Virus record (IMG/VR): IMGVR_UViG_3300001199_000002
Location: 48,062 to 112,061 of that record
Direction: 5' to 3' (one strand)
From: a virus
Taxonomy: Duplodnaviria; Heunggongvirae; Uroviricota; Caudoviricetes
Length of the DNA stretch: 64,000 nucleotides
Shown here: piece after piece, positions 49,002 through 58,858 of the stretch
How the letters are laid out: each line of letters begins with the position of its first letter
Numbering within the stretch: position 1 is the stretch's first letter
Made by a program: the position numbers and the translations under genes
The notes under the pieces: model-generated
The model's database searches: none
Told to the model about the DNA's origin: nothing
What the model saw: the letters and a program-made list of their open reading frames with translations, nothing else

Positions 49002-50869
49002 CTGAGGAATACAAGAAGAGGGTTCTGTTTGTTGGAGAAGCCTCATTCCTAAACACCGGATTCTCTACCTACTATCGAGAACTCCTACCGCGCCTAGCCG
49101 AAACTGGCAAGTATGAGATTGCGGAGTTCGGTTCATACGCACATACTGCCGATCCTCGCGCTGCTGCGTTCATTAAAGGTAGATGGAAGTTCTACGGCAA
49201 TAATCCTGATAGCGAAGAGGAGCAGCAACTATTCAATCAGGGTGATGATGCACAGCCCGGTCAAAACACTAACCAATTTGGTAAGTGGCGATTTGAGAAG
49301 GTACTATCCGACTTCCGTCCTGATATCGTAATCGATATTCGTGACTGGTGGATGGTTGCATACCAAGAGCGTAGCCCATTCCGTAAGTATTTCAAGTGGG
49401 TTGTGATGCCAACAGTAGACTCGATTCCACAGAAAGAAGAGTGGATCCAAACGTATCGCAATGCGAATTACGTAATGGCATACTCTGACTTTGGTATCGA
49501 CTCGTTGCGCAAGTCTCACTCTTCTCTAGAAGTCCGAATGGATCCTCCTGGTAAGAGAGGATTTGTAGGTGTGGATAAGGTTCCAGGAAGACTACACCCA
49601 GTAGCTATGCGCCCAGGCGTAGACATGAAGACGTTCAAAGTGCCCACTCCCGAAGAGAAGGGTGCGCTACGTCAGAAGTGGGGTATTCGTGCTGATGTTC
49701 CCGTCATCTTGCTAGTCCAGCGAAATCAGTCGCGTAAGCGTATCTCTGAGGTAATTCGTTCCTTCGCGATGATGAAGGAGAAATACCCAAAGGACGAGGC
49801 TATCCAGAAGTGCATTCTATTGCTTCATACTGCTTGGCCAGACAATCAAATGTCGATTGACTTCCCAAGAGCGATTGCGCGTATCCAGGCTGGCTATCAC
49901 GGAACGCCAGTAAAGCGCAAGGGTATCATTCATGAAGTATGCTCTACATTCATGTGTCATAACCAGCAGTGCGGTGACACATTCATTGCGCCATCTATCC
50001 ACCTTCGTCAAAGTCCTGTCATTAATTGTCCTAAGTGCGGACAGCGTAGCTGTCGAACACCAACGACTGGTGCTGGACTAACCAGAGAGCAGCTTGCAGA
50101 AGTTTACGGGATGGCGGATCTAATGGTTCAAATGTCAATCGCCGAAGGCTGCGGCATGCCAGTGCAAGAAGCTAAGGCGTGTGGTGTCCCAGTCCTCGTG
50201 ACTGATTATGCAGCTATTGCTGAGAAGGGCAAACTGCCAAACTACGAACATATCGACAAGGCAAACTATACTGTTCATCTAGGTGGACAAACTATGGATG
50301 TTGCCTATCTATACGAAGAGCCAGAAACTACTTGTTGGCGAGCAATGACCTCTATGGAGGATTGCTGTGATAAGATGGCTGAGTTGATGCGCAACAAGGA
50401 ACGTCTAGCAAAGATGTCTATCGATGCACGTAAGTGCGCAGAACTGAACTACGATTGGGATAAGAACTGGAAGGAATGGGAGTGGGTTCTGGACCACGTT
50501 TCCGTCATGGATAGATCGCAGACATGGGATCGTCCAATGACTCTTATCAACATCGATCCAGTGGATCCAATCGCAGCACCCACTGACGAAGAGTTCGTGA
50601 TTAGATGCTATATTGGTCTGCTTGGATATAAGACACCAGCGGATATCGACGAAGATGGATTCAAGAACTGGATGGGTAAGCTGAAGTATGAAGCCCAACA
50701 GGGAGTTCCACCAGCAAAAACAAGACAAGAAGTCGCAAACTTCTTCCGCAATCAGGCTATGGCAATCAATACCATAGAACTTCTGCGGTGTGAGCCACAG
50801 ATGAAGAATGCGGCGCAAGAAAACAAGCCATCAGATCCTAAGGCAACATTCGAGGCAATGGTACTATGA
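48998..50869 (+). CDS. GT-B (GT4-like) glycosyltransferase with Cys-rich insertion and C-terminal DUF4214-like domain
   Basis: VLFVGEASFLNTGFSTY, VQRNQSRKR, SIAEGCGMPVQEAKACGVPV. Confidence 0.85.
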   Translation: MTEEYKKRVLFVGEASFLNTGFSTYYRELLPRLAETGKYEIAEFGSYAHTADPRAAAFIKGRWKFYGNNPDSEEEQQLFNQGDDAQPGQNTNQFGKWRFEKVLSDFRPDIVIDIRDWWMVAYQERSPFRKYFKWVVMPTVDSIPQKEEWIQTYRNANYVMAYSDFGIDSLRKSHSSLEVRMDPPGKRGFVGVDKVPGRLHPVAMRPGVDMKTFKVPTPEEKGALRQKWGIRADVPVILLVQRNQSRKRISEVIRSFAMMKEKYPKDEAIQKCILLLHTAWPDNQMSIDFPRAIARIQAGYHGTPVKRKGIIHEVCSTFMCHNQQCGDTFIAPSIHLRQSPVINCPKCGQRSCRTPTTGAGLTREQLAEVYGMADLMVQMSIAEGCGMPVQEAKACGVPVLVTDYAAIAEKGKLPNYEHIDKANYTVHLGGQTMDVAYLYEEPETTCWRAMTSMEDCCDKMAELMRNKERLAKMSIDARKCAELNYDWDKNWKEWEWVLDHVSVMDRSQTWDRPMTLINIDPVDPIAAPTDEEFVIRCYIGLLGYKTPADIDEDGFKNWMGKLKYEAQQGVPPAKTRQEVANFFRNQAMAINTIELLRCEPQMKNAAQENKPSDPKATFEAMVL

Positions 50870-52029
50870 CGCGGATTCTTTACATCGCTCCTGTCAGAGA
50901 CTTTTCTGGCTATGCGGCAGCAGCCCGTGGCTACATCAACGCTCTACATCGGGCGGGCGCTGATGTTGTTGTGCGCGCTATCAGATACGATCGCGCGGAC
51001 GCTGGATCTGAATACAAGGTAACGGATCTTGAAAAGCAACTCTTATCGAAACCACTAGAGAATATCGATGTGGTAATTCAACACACAACACCAAACGAAT
51101 TGCGACCAGTCCCCGGAAAGGTGAATATCGCTATTGTTGCGTGGGAGACAGATCGAATCCCTGAATACTGGGCAAAGAAGTTGAACCAGTTTGATTCGGT
51201 TATCACTTTCTGTGAGACTAGCGTGCAGGCGTTCAAAAACTCGGGCGTAACTGTTCCTGTAGTAAAGATTCCTCATACGTTCAACATTCCATCTTATACT
51301 CTAGATGGTGTCGATAAGATTGACTCACCAAGCGTACCAGACTTCTTCAAAGACAAGTTCGTCTTCTATAACATCAGTCAACTCTCAACAAAGAAAGGTA
51401 TTGATCTTTTGTTGCGCGCATACCTAACCGAGTTCCATGGTAAGGACAAGGATAAGGTAATGCTAGTATTGAAGACATACATTGATATGTCGAATCGTGG
51501 CTCTGAACGTGAGCGTATTAAGGCTTTCGTTGCGAGCGTGAAGAATGGTCTACGTCTTCCTGCTGATGGATATCCACCAATTATGGTAATCTCCAACACG
51601 CTCTCAGATGAGCAGATCAAGAAGATTCACTGCACTGGTGACGCTTATGTTTGCTCAAGTCGCGCCGAGGGATGGTGTATTCCAGCATTTGAAGCACTGG
51701 CATATGGAAAGAAGCTAGTTACTACAACCTGGGGTGGCATGGGTGAATTTGCCCTTACTGATGGTTGTCGCAATCTATTCGAGGTAGAATACTCGCTAGA
51801 ACCACTGGTTGGTCAGCAACATGGTGATCCAGAGCTATACACCGCTCGTGATAAGATTGCAGAGCCATCTGTTCGCTCTATGATGCTTGAAATGAGACGA
51901 GCAATGGATACAAAGCCAGAGCCAAAGCCTGACTTGATGGAATTTGACTACTCTAGCGTAGGACCAACAATGCTAACCGCGATTGAGATGGTTGTTGCAG
52001 CTAACAAGAAGGAGACAGCGAATGTCTAA
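50866..52029 (+). CDS. GT-B (GT4-like) glycosyltransferase
   Basis: FSGYAAAARGY, AWETDRIP, KKGIDLLLRAY, SRAEGWCIPAFEALAYG. Confidence 0.9.
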   Translation: MTRILYIAPVRDFSGYAAAARGYINALHRAGADVVVRAIRYDRADAGSEYKVTDLEKQLLSKPLENIDVVIQHTTPNELRPVPGKVNIAIVAWETDRIPEYWAKKLNQFDSVITFCETSVQAFKNSGVTVPVVKIPHTFNIPSYTLDGVDKIDSPSVPDFFKDKFVFYNISQLSTKKGIDLLLRAYLTEFHGKDKDKVMLVLKTYIDMSNRGSERERIKAFVASVKNGLRLPADGYPPIMVISNTLSDEQIKKIHCTGDAYVCSSRAEGWCIPAFEALAYGKKLVTTTWGGMGEFALTDGCRNLFEVEYSLEPLVGQQHGDPELYTARDKIAEPSVRSMMLEMRRAMDTKPEPKPDLMEFDYSSVGPTMLTAIEMVVAANKKETANV

Positions 52030-53062
52030 TCCGTTTGATCACAACCTGCCAAATCAGGTTTCAGCTATTTGTGACGCGATTGGGAAAAAGCCACGTATCA
52101 TTCAATGCATTCAGGCTTGTAATGAAGAAGCCTTGATTGAAGCATGCATCCTACAAGTCTACAACAAGGTAGATAAGATCATCGTGATCGAAGGTGCTGT
52201 TCAAAACAAGGTTGACGCTAAACAAGCTACACCAGACGGACATTCACTTGATCGCACTGTTGAGATCATCAAGGACGTAAAGAAGAACAAGGATCCAGAT
52301 CGTAAGATCATCTTCGTTCAAATTGATCGCCCATGGAGGGATCTAGAAGAACTAAAGAGCACCTTCTTCCAATACATGCAGGAAGGAGACTGGATGCTTA
52401 TCACAGATGCTGATGAGTTCGTATTTCCTGAGGTAGTTGACAATCTACGTGCGGCAGTCTCGGCAGAGCCATGGGCAACCGAGTTTGTGCCATCTAGATT
52501 CTATCACTTCTGGCGTGATGCTTGGCATATGCGTAAACCAAGCGGTGATTGGGGTCAGCAGCATCAAAGATTCATCAAGTTCCAGAATGGACTTCACTAT
52601 GTGAATCATCCAGTAGCACGAGATGCATCTAACCAATGCACATACTTTAGTCCGCAATATCTAATGCGCCGCTTCGTGCTACCATCATTTGTTATTTACC
52701 ACTACTCCTATTGTCGTCTAGGTGCTAATGACGTAGCCCAGAAAAAGGAATTCTACGACAAGGAACTTGGGCAAGCTAAACACGCAGACGTTGGTGCATA
52801 CGCCCGTGGTGGTCAGACTGAAGAATTCACGAACAAGACAGAAGACCTGTCAACTGTTTTACGATTTGACGGACTGCATCCGCCAGCGATGGCCACACAT
52901 CCAATCGTTCAGCGCAAGGATGAGTTCCTAACGTCTAAGGAACCGCTAGTGAGTCATATGGAAGTCGAACCATACAACCTAGAAAGAACTCCACTTATTT
53001 GGGTATGGGCGAAAGAAGGTAAGGAACCATATACACGCCTCTACAACACAGTAGAGGTATGA
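52022..53062 (+). CDS. GT-A (GT2-like) glycosyltransferase
   Basis: ACNEEALI, SLDRTVEII, WMLITDADEF (DxD), HQRF, YHYSY. Confidence 0.8.
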   Translation: MSNPFDHNLPNQVSAICDAIGKKPRIIQCIQACNEEALIEACILQVYNKVDKIIVIEGAVQNKVDAKQATPDGHSLDRTVEIIKDVKKNKDPDRKIIFVQIDRPWRDLEELKSTFFQYMQEGDWMLITDADEFVFPEVVDNLRAAVSAEPWATEFVPSRFYHFWRDAWHMRKPSGDWGQQHQRFIKFQNGLHYVNHPVARDASNQCTYFSPQYLMRRFVLPSFVIYHYSYCRLGANDVAQKKEFYDKELGQAKHADVGAYARGGQTEEFTNKTEDLSTVLRFDGLHPPAMATHPIVQRKDEFLTSKEPLVSHMEVEPYNLERTPLIWVWAKEGKEPYTRLYNTVEV

Positions 53063-53298
53063 TGATTAAGCCAAGCAAACATAAGTGGATTACAGAGGCA
53101 ATCAAAGCGAAAGAAGACACTCTGTCGGTTTGGCCTTCAAAAGAAGAACTTGAATCGAAGGTTAAGATGACAAAGTTCTTTGACGCTATTGAAAAAATTG
53201 GTAGCGACCCAAGGGTAATTGACGTTAATAGAACTGAACACAGAGAACATAAAGTGGTGTTCGTATTCACAATCGATGTAAACGCAGATGAGACCTAA
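53059..53298 (+). CDS. Hypothetical protein
   Basis: ATGA overlap; 79 aa. Confidence 0.6.
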   Translation: MMIKPSKHKWITEAIKAKEDTLSVWPSKEELESKVKMTKFFDAIEKIGSDPRVIDVNRTEHREHKVVFVFTIDVNADET

Positions 53299-54094
53299 GC
53301 TATCTTACGTTAATAGCTGTTACAACGCCGAACCATTCCTCGATGGACTAATTGAGAATCTGCTTTCTCAAGACCTGGAAGAGTTTGAACTTATCATCGT
53401 AGATAGCAAGTCAACTGATGGTAGTTTGGCCATTGCCAAAATGTGGGCAGAGCGCGACCAGCGTATCAAAATCATCGAGCAGAGCAAGCGTACTCCATAT
53501 GGAGTATCGTGGCTAGATGGATGGAAAGAGGCTATTGGATTTGTGGTAGGTAATAGCAATAGCGACGATAGATCGTATCAATGGCGTGGACGTAAAGTTT
53601 TAGACGCCAAACAAGTAAGAGGCATTACTAGAGATGTAAAGCCACCTGCATTTTACTATGGTGGATACGAAACAAGAGTTAATGGTGTGACACGCGCCAA
53701 AGGTGTGCCACCACCGTTCTCTATAGATGATATGTCACAGTTCTTTCGTTGTGGCGTGCATGTCCATTGGGATAACAATATACGCACAATCGTTGACTGG
53801 CATAGAATGTATGGGGCTGCACACGAATACAAGTCGGCTTTCGACTATTGGCTTGTTCTCTACTTTATGTCGTTAGGTGCGGAGGGTGTTCCAATCAATA
53901 GTTGTTTCTCGATCTACAATCAGAGAAGTGACTCGCTAGAACAGTCAGATAAAGAGCGAAATACTTTTGAATCGCTTCGTGCGATCGAAGAGTTCTATCC
54001 AGACGGTCCCTCAATCACCGCACTAGAGGTTGAAACGAAGATTAAGTCGCCAGAATTCTACGAACGCTATCGTGCTTTTTGCAATCAGTTTTGA
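53288..54094 (+). CDS. GT2 glycosyltransferase
   Basis: LSYVNSCYNAEPFL, IIVDSKSTDGS, NSNSDDR. Confidence 0.85.
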   Translation: MRPKLSYVNSCYNAEPFLDGLIENLLSQDLEEFELIIVDSKSTDGSLAIAKMWAERDQRIKIIEQSKRTPYGVSWLDGWKEAIGFVVGNSNSDDRSYQWRGRKVLDAKQVRGITRDVKPPAFYYGGYETRVNGVTRAKGVPPPFSIDDMSQFFRCGVHVHWDNNIRTIVDWHRMYGAAHEYKSAFDYWLVLYFMSLGAEGVPINSCFSIYNQRSDSLEQSDKERNTFESLRAIEEFYPDGPSITALEVETKIKSPEFYERYRAFCNQF

Positions 54095-54107
54095 AATAGG
54101 AACACAA

Positions 54108-54332
54108 ATGGAATTACATGTATCAGTTGCGCTTGCTAACTCAACTGTTCTCAATCTAAGAAAACTTCTAGTCGGACTGCGCTCTGGTAGCACTGTTCAG
54201 GCACAGGAAGTAGAGCTTATGATTTCTCGTGCGATCACGGACCTTGCTGGTCTTGTCGATTATGCAATGATGCTTGAGACCCAGCTTAGAGGTTTGGATG
54301 AAAAAGATCGTGGCGTTCAGTCTTTGGGGTGA
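54108..54332 (+). CDS. Hypothetical protein
   Basis: RBS AGGA, 74 aa, fills the gap. Confidence 0.55.
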   Translation: MELHVSVALANSTVLNLRKLLVGLRSGSTVQAQEVELMISRAITDLAGLVDYAMMLETQLRGLDEKDRGVQSLG

Positions 54333-55014
54333 GAACCCTAAGTATCTAGATGGCGCAATAGAGAATATGTTGCTAATGCCATCCATCTATCCTGGGTGGA
54401 CTGCTAGATTCTACATTCCACAAGAACAGTTAAGAACTTCATCAGGTCATACGATTCTGAGAACCTTCACAATGATTAATTATGAAGAAGAGTTTCTTAA
54501 GACCGGAACGAAAGTAGAGGTTATTGGTGTGGACGAGCCAGGAACTTGGCACGGTATGTTCTGGCGCTTTCTTCCAGCCAGCGAAGACGATGTAGATGTA
54601 TTCATCTCTCGTGACTGTGACTCACGCATTAGTCTTAGAGAAGCAGCGGCAGTAGATCAATGGATTAAGAGTCCATATCTAGTCCATTCGATGGCGGATC
54701 ATCCCTATCACTTTCACCCTAGGGCTGGACTGATGGGCGGCATGTTCGGTATGAAAAAGCACGCATGTCCGCAGATGCAAGACTTGATTGAAAAGTTCAA
54801 AGCCAAGTATCCTAACGCTTGGCAGTGCGATCAGGATTTTCTACGTGACTACGTGTTTCCACTAGTTGCACATAAGACATTTCCAACAAGTGACATCCAT
54901 CATGGGTGTAACAAGTTTCCACTTCCAAGAAAGGATGGAGCTTTTGTCGGAGAGATCATTGGCCCGAACAATGAAATCCTACACCCAGAACATAGGACAA
55001 TGAGAGATGCCTAA
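54298..55014 (+). CDS. Putative GT-A-like glycosyltransferase
   Basis: KKIVAFSLWGENPKY...YPGWTARFY, GMFWRF, FISRDCDSR (DxD), LMGGMFG, DQDFL. Confidence 0.6.
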   Translation: MKKIVAFSLWGENPKYLDGAIENMLLMPSIYPGWTARFYIPQEQLRTSSGHTILRTFTMINYEEEFLKTGTKVEVIGVDEPGTWHGMFWRFLPASEDDVDVFISRDCDSRISLREAAAVDQWIKSPYLVHSMADHPYHFHPRAGLMGGMFGMKKHACPQMQDLIEKFKAKYPNAWQCDQDFLRDYVFPLVAHKTFPTSDIHHGCNKFPLPRKDGAFVGEIIGPNNEILHPEHRTMRDA

Positions 55015-55435
55015 AAACGTCAAAGAAGAAACTCAGAAGAAGGTGGATATCGAATACAAGTTCATCCACAACAACACCTTCCACGCGCTACAGAAGCTAT
55101 ATCCACTATTGCCAAAGCATGGCACTATCGTAGTGTATGGTATTCCACGAGGCGGATTAATCCCAGCTACTATTCTTTCGCATGCCCTTGAGCGCGAGCG
55201 TCCTACACGCCTAGTAACATCGCTAAGTCAGCTAGATCCTAGCGACTGGCATCGTCTAGTGATCGTTGATGAGCTAGTTGACTCTGGTGACACGATCAGG
55301 TCGCTAAAGACTAGATTTCCAGAGGCGATTACAGTAGCTCTCTATCAGAGATACTCGGCAAGATATAGTGCAGACGTAGTTGGCCATACTGTTGATAATG
55401 ATGACTGGTTGGTATTTCCATGGGAGAGACTATGA
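55007..55435 (+). CDS. Type I purine phosphoribosyltransferase (Gpt-like)
   Basis: YGIPRGGLIPA, PRPP-binding VIVDELVDSGDT, WLVFPWE. Confidence 0.9.
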   Translation: MPKNVKEETQKKVDIEYKFIHNNTFHALQKLYPLLPKHGTIVVYGIPRGGLIPATILSHALERERPTRLVTSLSQLDPSDWHRLVIVDELVDSGDTIRSLKTRFPEAITVALYQRYSARYSADVVGHTVDNDDWLVFPWERL

Positions 55436-56484
55436 AGATTAGACAACAGCCAGCATATACATTTGATGACGTGCTTCTGGTTCCTCGTCATTCAAACATT
55501 GCATCTAGAGCAGATATTGATCTAACGACCCATTTGGGTAAGATGCTACTTAGACTACCTATCCTATCAGCTAATATGGATACGGTTACGGAAGCCAAAA
55601 TGGCAATTGCTATGGGGCGACGCGGCGGGGCTGGTGTATTACATCGCTTTGCTGATTCTATTACACAAATGGCATGGCTGAATGAAATGCTCAATGAGGA
55701 TGTAAATCCCAAGATTGTTTCGGTTGGTCTAGATGTTTCGGTAGAATGTCTAGCAAGTATGTGCGAAGAATGGAGCGTTAACGCAGTATGCATCGACGTT
55801 GCGCATGGAGACCACGATCGCGTGCTAGAGCTTCTCAAGAATATCAGAAACGAGATGCGTGCCATCGACATTATCGCTGGTAATGTGGCTACTGGCGAGG
55901 CGGCGATACGTCTCGTACGCGCTGGCGCAAATATCATCAAAGTTGGTGTCGGTCCTGGATCTGTATGCTCTACACGCATTATGACCGGACATGGCGTTCC
56001 ACAACTCTCTGCTATTCTAGATGTTGCGATGTCACTATCGCTTCAGAGTATTACTCCACACTATAGCATCATTGCCGATGGTGGAATCCGCAACTCTGGA
56101 GATATTGTTAAAGCGCTTGCGGCTGGTGCTGATGCTGTGATGCTCGGTTCGCTTCTTGCTGGAACTGAGGAATCGCCCGGTGATGTTGTTATGCAAGATG
56201 GACAAGCTTTTAAGTCCTATAGGGGCATGGCATCATATGATGTTCAGAAAGAAAAAAGGGCGGGTAAAATGCCACGAGTGGAAGGAGTCGCAGCAAAGGT
56301 TCCATTCAGGGGTGGGGTTGATCATACTCTCAATGTTCTTGAGAATGGTATTCGCAGTGGTCTTAGCTATAGTGGTGCTCGTAATCTTAGTGAATTACGT
56401 GATTCTGCCGAATTTGTGGTAGTTACTCAGAACGGAGTTAAGGAGAGTGGCACACACCATCCTTCGAGGCTATCATCAACATGA
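55432..56484 (+). CDS. IMP dehydrogenase/GMP reductase family protein (no CBS domains)
   Basis: [35 protein letters not shown] (catalytic Cys), IADGGIR, YRGMAS, EGV. Confidence 0.92.
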   Translation: MKIRQQPAYTFDDVLLVPRHSNIASRADIDLTTHLGKMLLRLPILSANMDTVTEAKMAIAMGRRGGAGVLHRFADSITQMAWLNEMLNEDVNPKIVSVGLDVSVECLASMCEEWSVNAVCIDVAHGDHDRVLELLKNIRNEMRAIDIIAGNVATGEAAIRLVRAGANIIKVGVGPGSVCSTRIMTGHGVPQLSAILDVAMSLSLQSITPHYSIIADGGIRNSGDIVKALAAGADAVMLGSLLAGTEESPGDVVMQDGQAFKSYRGMASYDVQKEKRAGKMPRVEGVAAKVPFRGGVDHTLNVLENGIRSGLSYSGARNLSELRDSAEFVVVTQNGVKESGTHHPSRLSST

Positions 56485-57059
56485 TCATTGCAGGAATTGG
56501 ATCGCGCAAAACACCACAAGAAGTTCTCGACATCTTTGAGAGCTTCGCCAGGAAAGTATCGGCTGGCAAGAATGGTTATGGCGCGTGGATTCGTTCGGGC
56601 CATGCTGATGGTGCTGATTATGCCTTTGAAAAGGGTGCGCGAGAGAAGTGTATTGTATATCTTCCGTGGGATAGTTTCAATCACGACAAGCCAATTCTTG
56701 GAAAAGCAAGCGCGCTCAACTTCATCGATGAAGACGCTTTCAATATCGTGCTAGAGCACGAGCCACATGCAGTTAGTTGCAGTAATGGCGTTAAGCTACT
56801 CAAGTGTCGTAATGTCTATCAAGTCCTTGGTAGAGATATGTGTAGTCACTCTGATCTAGTTGTTTGTTGGACGCCGGGTGGAACGAACTCAGGTGGAACT
56901 GGCCTCGCGGTTAAGATCGCCAGAGACTACAATATTCCAGTGATTGATATGGGACAATACCCGACTCCAGTCATCACTGAGAAGTTACTTTGGGACATCA
57001 TTGAAAAGAACTATCCTCATATTTGGAGTTCAATACCACATGAGACTATTCAAGAGTAG
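56481..57059 (+). CDS. SLOG/DprA-like Rossmann-fold protein
   Basis: IAGIGSRKTP, RSGHADGAD, VCWTPGG..SGGTGLAVKIA. Confidence 0.7.
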   Translation: MIIAGIGSRKTPQEVLDIFESFARKVSAGKNGYGAWIRSGHADGADYAFEKGAREKCIVYLPWDSFNHDKPILGKASALNFIDEDAFNIVLEHEPHAVSCSNGVKLLKCRNVYQVLGRDMCSHSDLVVCWTPGGTNSGGTGLAVKIARDYNIPVIDMGQYPTPVITEKLLWDIIEKNYPHIWSSIPHETIQE

Positions 57060-57561
57060 AATTGAGAAGGGCCTTGATAAGGGCAATTGGAGTTTATGGC
57101 GTTGGTATGATATCGTCATCAATGGCGAGTCGTATCTTACACGTTTGACGCTATTCAAGTGCCCATGGTTCAGCGTCAAGTTGCACTGGATTCACAAGCC
57201 AGATCCTGATCGTGATTTACACGATCATCCATGGCCATTCGCCTCATTCATTCTACGTGGATGGTACAAGGAATTAGAATGTAAGAAGCCAGGACATCGT
57301 GGGGCATGGATCGAACGATGTGTTGATGTCGAGCAACGAATGGAAGCCGATAATCGATTTCCAGTTAAGGAACGATTAGTGCGATGGTTCAATACTAAGG
57401 ACACTCGCGCCGCACACCGCATTACGGAAGCATCTCCAAAGTTGCTTACCTTGGTATTCACAGGAATCAAAAGCAAGGAATGGGGCTTCTATGATGAAGA
57501 CACATTCAAATACACAGACTGGGAAACATACATTGCTACACAGCAAAAGGCGAAGATGTAA
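57040..57561 (+). CDS. Cupin-like metal-binding protein
   Basis: KLHWIHKPDPDRDLHDHPWPFASFILRGWYKE...AHRI...TLVFTG. Confidence 0.7.
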   Translation: MRLFKSRIEKGLDKGNWSLWRWYDIVINGESYLTRLTLFKCPWFSVKLHWIHKPDPDRDLHDHPWPFASFILRGWYKELECKKPGHRGAWIERCVDVEQRMEADNRFPVKERLVRWFNTKDTRAAHRITEASPKLLTLVFTGIKSKEWGFYDEDTFKYTDWETYIATQQKAKM

Positions 57562-57902
57562 TGGAACATGATCTATCTTTTGGAGAACTGAGTGCTGCAA
57601 ATGCTGCACGTCACGCACAAGGTGGCGGCGGTGGAACAGAGGCTAGTTGGAATATCACCGACTGGACGAATGCCCTATGTGGTGAGGCTGGCGAGCTAGC
57701 TAACTTCGCAAAGAAGGTTCGACGAGCACGTCCAACAGATCCCACTCTAGATGAAGCAAAGGAAGACCTAGCTCACGAGTTGGCTGACATCGTTACATAC
57801 GCAGACTTGATCGCGACCAAGTTGGGTATCAATCTTGCCGAGGCTGTTAGAGCCAAGTTCAACATTGTATCTGATCGAGTAGGAAGTAATATCAAGCTAT
57901 GA
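57561..57902 (+). CDS. MazG-like nucleotide pyrophosphohydrolase
   Basis: ALCGEAGELANFAKK...LAHELADIVTY...AVRAKFN. Confidence 0.85.
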   Translation: MEHDLSFGELSAANAARHAQGGGGGTEASWNITDWTNALCGEAGELANFAKKVRRARPTDPTLDEAKEDLAHELADIVTYADLIATKLGINLAEAVRAKFNIVSDRVGSNIKL

Positions 57903-58858
57903 ATGACATGCTCGCCGACATGCGCGCTAAGATGGAAGCGCTAAAGAACAAGAAGCGCATCCTGGTGACTGGGCGCGCTATTCCACAACAACCAGATCGT
58001 TGCACTGGTCAACAACTTACTCATGGCTTCAAAGAAGCTGGTCATGATGCGTTGTTCTTCGGCTGCTTCTATGGACAGCCCATGAATTTCCTTGGATCTA
58101 AGGAATGTCAGTCGATGGATAAGTGGGATCTAGTTGTCGTTACGGAAATGAACGACGGCATGGCTGGATATGAGCCACTCTTTCAGTATCACAAATTGAA
58201 GGACGTGCCTAAAGTCTATTGGGACTTTGATGTTTCCTATAACGAAGCATATGGCTATCAACGCGCGGGATCTCATCCATACGATGGTTATCTAGTTGGT
58301 AACAAGAACTACGTTCAGGCATTTGCCGATAAGTTCAAGAAGCCAGCACTACATCTACCATACGCATGTTCGCCGATTATCCATCGCAGGATTGAAGGAA
58401 CCCTAAGAAATCACGTAGTTGGATTCGTTGGTAGTATGACGCCAGAACGCGAGGCTCTGCTACAGAACGTTCATTGCGTGCATGGTGTATTCGGTGATGC
58501 CCTCATTAGAGCCACAAACGAGCTATACACAATGATCCACATAAATCAAAATGCCTGTAAGGGATTAGTTCCTGGTCGTCCATGGGAGACGGCTGGATGT
58601 GGCGTTAATCTCTTGATGGATCGTGCAAGCTACGAAGACTTTAAGGAATTCCTGACTCCAGAACTTGACGGCATTGCTGTAGTTCCATTCGATAAGCCAG
58701 AAGAAATCCAAAAATACATCAAAGACAATCACGACAACCTATCTACTCTAGATGCCTCTGGTAAAAAGCTAATGGAGCATGTTCATACCAACCATAGTTA
58801 CAAGCACCGCGCAGAAACTATCTTGAAGTGGGCCAGGGAACAAGGGATTTTGAAGTGA
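57899..58858 (+). CDS. CgeB-like GT-B glycosyltransferase
   Basis: HLPYACSP, VGFVGSMTPER, GRPWETAGCG, HSYKHRAETI. Confidence 0.75.
   Translation: MNDMLADMRAKMEALKNKKRILVTGRAIPQQPDRCTGQQLTHGFKEAGHDALFFGCFYGQPMNFLGSKECQSMDKWDLVVVTEMNDGMAGYEPLFQYHKLKDVPKVYWDFDVSYNEAYGYQRAGSHPYDGYLVGNKNYVQAFADKFKKPALHLPYACSPIIHRRIEGTLRNHVVGFVGSMTPEREALLQNVHCVHGVFGDALIRATNELYTMIHINQNACKGLVPGRPWETAGCGVNLLMDRASYEDFKEFLTPELDGIAVVPFDKPEEIQKYIKDNHDNLSTLDASGKKLMEHVHTNHSYKHRAETILKWAREQGILK

Noticed and set aside
43221-55140. Further promoter-motif copies (TTTTAGTATAC at ~43223, TAGTGTATGG at 55131)
   Set aside because: Partial matches inside coding sequence that lack either the GTG core or the TATAA end.
55007-57902. 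Definite Z-genome or 7-deazaguanine DNA modification
   Set aside because: A MazG-like gene is present, but no purZ, datZ, dpdA, folE or queCDE homolog is recognisable in the window.
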